Source: an uncultured Planctomycetota bacterium (GTDB lineage: Bacteria; Planctomycetota; Planctomycetia; Isosphaerales; Isosphaeraceae). From it: a stretch of 64,000 nt of DNA. The DNA is taken from assembly GCA_963823665.1 (NCBI GenBank), contig CAWGMQ010000003.1:544001-608000 (forward strand), given 5' to 3'. The position numbers were made by a program, and so were the translations under genes. The notes under the pieces were generated by a model, which saw only the letters and a program-made list of their open reading frames with translations, searched no databases and was not told the DNA's origin. Below, piece by piece: positions 60,801 through 64,000 of the stretch (position 1 is the first letter of the stretch; each line of letters opens with the position of its first letter).

Positions 60801-63800
60801 TGTTCGAGGTGGCCCCCATCGGTATGTCGTCGGAGATAAAGGCGCTTGTAACATCCTGTATCTCGTTGACCGAGATCGACCCGGAGCCGGCGAGCCCGCC
60901 GCTGCCGGTCGTTGCCGCGATTCCGATTGTGCCGCTGCCGATCAGTGCGGTATCAGTGGCGTCGACCGTCACGGTGCCGGAGAAGTCGATCGTGGAATTG
61001 GCGAGGTAGGCGCTGGTGGTGGCCGTGATGAAGTTAACGCTTAGTGCCGCGCCGATGCCGGCCTGGCCGCCGACTCCGACGGCGCCGCCTACGGAGATGA
61101 TGCCGGAGCTGTCGGTGGCCTGGACGTCGAGATCAGCGGCAGTGGGCTCGTCGACGGGCTGGGTGATGCTCGAGCTCTGAACGTAGGCGAGGGTCTCGTC
61201 CTGAATGTCGTTGACCGCGATCATGCCGGCGCCTGAGTCGCTGTCTTCACTCGTGGAGATGCCTCCGGAACCGGTGATGGCGAGGATTCGAGGCTGGGTT
61301 GACGGAGCCTCGTCAGAGGCGGTGATCGACAGTGTGCCGCCGTCGAAGATCACGGTGGACCCGTCGATATAGGCGTCGGTCTGGGCGGGGTCGATGGTTC
61401 CGTCCAGGGCAAAGCCGATCAGGTTGATCGCGATTGCGACGCCGAAGCCCTTGTCGCCGCCGTAGGCGACGGCGCCGGCAATCGCCGCGATCTCGGCTGT
61501 TTCCTGGGCCGTGATCCAGGAGTCGCCTGCCAGGGTCAGCTTGGCGTCCTGGACGTAGGCCTCGGTATCGGGCAGATCGACATCGATTGACAACGAGCCG
61601 GCGACCGCGGTGTTCGACCCGCTTGCGCCTGCGGGCACGGCGGACGTGGCCTTGGAGGCGCCGGCGGTGAGCGAGCCGACGTAACCGCCGTGGTCCGCCG
61701 TCACGGCGAGCTGGGCGGTCGTGACCGTCGCGTTTTCGAGATAGGCCTTGGTTTTGGCGATGATGTCGTCGGTCGAAAGGGCGCCGGCGACCGCCGTGTT
61801 GCCGGATGTGGAGCCGATCTGCTGCTGCGCGGAGGCGACGCCGCCGGCGACGCTGACGACGATCGTGCGAGTGGCGGCGTTTATGTCCACCGTGACCGGG
61901 ACGAATGACTGCACGCCCGACGCGGCGGAGAAATCGAGCGCGATGGCGTTACCGGCGCCGGCGTCGTTGAACGAGTCGGCCAGCTCGATCTGGTTCGGGT
62001 TCAAGACGATGGCATAATACGTCTGGCCAGACGTCAAACCGCCGATCGGTGAGGAGCCTGCCTCGTATTCGATGGCCTGGCCGGTCTCCAGTCCATGTGG
62101 CTGGGTGAAACTCAGGATGGTTGTCTCGACTGCCGAAGGATCGAACGTGATGGCGGTACCGGAAGGGGGCGTGAGGGTCTGGGTACCGGTTGCGCTCGAG
62201 GCGTCGAGCGGCAGCGGGATGCCGGCGGCTGCGTCGGTCGGGGAGTCCGCGAGCTCGATGTCGTATTTGTCGACTGCAATCACGTAATCGGTATCGTTGT
62301 TAGTCAGGCCGCTGATCGGCGAGTCAGCAAAGTAGGCGACCGGAGTGCCGGTCGGCAGGTTGGGGGGTTGACTGAAATGAATCACGGTGGAGGGTGGCGC
62401 GGTTGGGCTCGAGGCCAACGGCAGCGCGGAGCTGGGAGTGGTGATCGTTCCTGGGTCGTTAACGTAGGCTTCGGTATCGCTCTGCAACACGTTGGCGGAG
62501 ACGGCGCCGGCGATTCCGTAACCGCTCTGTGCCGTGAGCGGGTTCGAGACTCCCAGGTCGGACCAAGAGAAACCCACGTTGTCAGGGATTGGGTTGTTGT
62601 TGCTCTGGACCTGGCCCTGCGTGGGCGAGATAAACGCCGCGGCGTAGGTGAGCGTGCCGACCTGGCCCTCGTCGGTGGCACCGACATCGAGTGAGGCGAT
62701 GTCGTACGAGCCAGGCTCAGTCGGCGTGGACGTGCTGCCGATCAAGGCGAGCGTCGTTCGGTTCACGTTGTTGACCGCCATGGCGAATCCGACACCGATG
62801 TGGTTTCCCGTGACGGCGCCGCCGGTGACTCCGACCAAGATCGTTTTGTCGTCGGCGGTGACAGAAACCGGGCCGCCCTGGACGATATTGCCGGCGACGT
62901 CCTTCCCGCCGTTCACGGTGACGCCATCCTGGATCTGAGCGGTGGTGTGGTCCGTCACGTTGTACCAGGCGATCATGCCGGCGATGCCCAGATTGCCGCC
63001 GGCGTCGCCGGACTGGACGAGCGAGAAGGCGATGGTTATCTGCTTTGCATTGACATCGAGCGAGCCGGCGGAGCCGACCACAATTTGCGCGCCCGAGTCG
63101 ATCGTGGCGGAGGTGGTGTTACTCACCACATCGATGAACACGGAGGCGCCGATGGCGTTCTGGCCCTTGGAGTCGCCAACCAAGTCGATGGCGCTGCCCA
63201 AGCCTTGCTTCAAACCCTTGTCGCGGATGTTCTGGATGAGCGAAGCGGGGGAGAGATTCAAGTCGAATGAACCGGCCTCGGCGGCGTTTTCGTAGTCGGT
63301 CTTGGCGGAAACGGAGACCGACTGCGCGGCGTTGCGGAAGACGATTCCTTGATTCGTTCCGAGGGCGTTCGGGTCACTGACCTTCTGGTTGATGTTCGCA
63401 TCACCGATGGTGGCCTGGGTATCATTGACATAATCGCAGAACTGGATGTTTCCGCCCAGGGCGGTGCGGGCCTCGTCGTTGGTATTGACCTTGGAGCTGG
63501 CGATGTTGTTCAAGATGTCGGTGCCGAGTCCGAGCATGCCGTCGGTGATGAAGCCGGTGAGGAAGTTGAGCAGGTTGTAGTTGGGGTTGCCCGAGTTGTA
63601 GAGGATGTCGCCTTCGACGCTGTTGACGCTCTGCGGCACCTCGAGTGGGATCGTCGTGGTCGCCGTGACCGAGATGGTTCCGGCGGCATCAACCGAGGCG
63701 CTGGAGTCGATCTCGGCGGTAACGGTGGGTGTATAGTAGCCGATGCCGAGCGCGAGGGCTCCGGCCAAGCCGGAGCTTGTGCTTTGCTGATCGCCATCCT

Positions 63801-64000
63801 GGCCGGTGAGCGACGCGGTGGTTGAGCTGTCGACCGTCTGGGTCAAGCTTGCACTGATGGCCACATTGGTGCCCGACTCGATCCTCGCGTCGGCGCCGAC
63901 CTCGGCATTGACGATGTCGACCGGCGTGACCTGGACGAAGACCGAGCCCGCGAGCGAGAAGTTCGGGCTCTGGCCCGTGGACCCAGGGAGTGACGCGAGC
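42816..64000 (-). CDS. Giant (>7000 aa) secreted adhesin-like protein, 5' end outside the window; single frameshift near 49030
   Basis: The frame is open from the window edge. The 5048 aa and 2086 aa ORFs join at GIPAGTTIA/ELSAPSSITLS on removing one base. It contains LktA/FHA-like beta-helix repeats, a Gly-rich tract, a lactonase-type propeller, several PKD (WGDG) domains, two Ig-like (Big_3-type) domains and a C-terminal TadG-related-like beta-solenoid. Confidence 0.9.

Overview
A GC-rich bacterial chromosomal window, almost certainly from a planctomycete (inferred from two DUF1559 prepilin-like proteins, LEPRxLL-type leaders, Ser/Thr kinases, carboxypeptidase-regulatory and prenyltransferase-repeat proteins; Isosphaeraceae-like is a guess). 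Bases 1-7.5 kb are an accessory mosaic. It holds a TylF-family O-methyltransferase, a dense cluster of three-box 9-10 bp repeats, and three broken HUH/Y1 (RAYT-type) transposase remnants interleaved with cargo (an Imm70-like remnant, an MNT-like/HEPN pair and a lower-GC YfeS-like gene flanked by inverted GGTGGGTGTC motifs). Bases 7.5-35 kb carry envelope, secreted and signalling genes, a GxxExxY nuclease embedded in the same three-box repeats, a Panacea antitoxin with a putative PemK-like toxin, a calpain-like protease and a kinase-nSTAND1 fusion. Bases 35-43 kb contain groES-groEL behind a sigma54-type promoter and a DUF1559 / RAYT+REPIN / DUF1559 / HEAT / prenyltransferase-repeat cluster with a Fur-like box. 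Bases 42.8-64 kb are the 3' part of one giant (>7000 aa) minus-strand surface protein whose scaffold domains are repeatedly interrupted by inserted tandem modules. About a dozen 1-2 bp indels, mostly in short homopolymers, split otherwise intact genes and most likely reflect long-read consensus error. No rRNA, tRNA or CRISPR array was recognised. All family assignments come from motif recognition by eye, with no database search.
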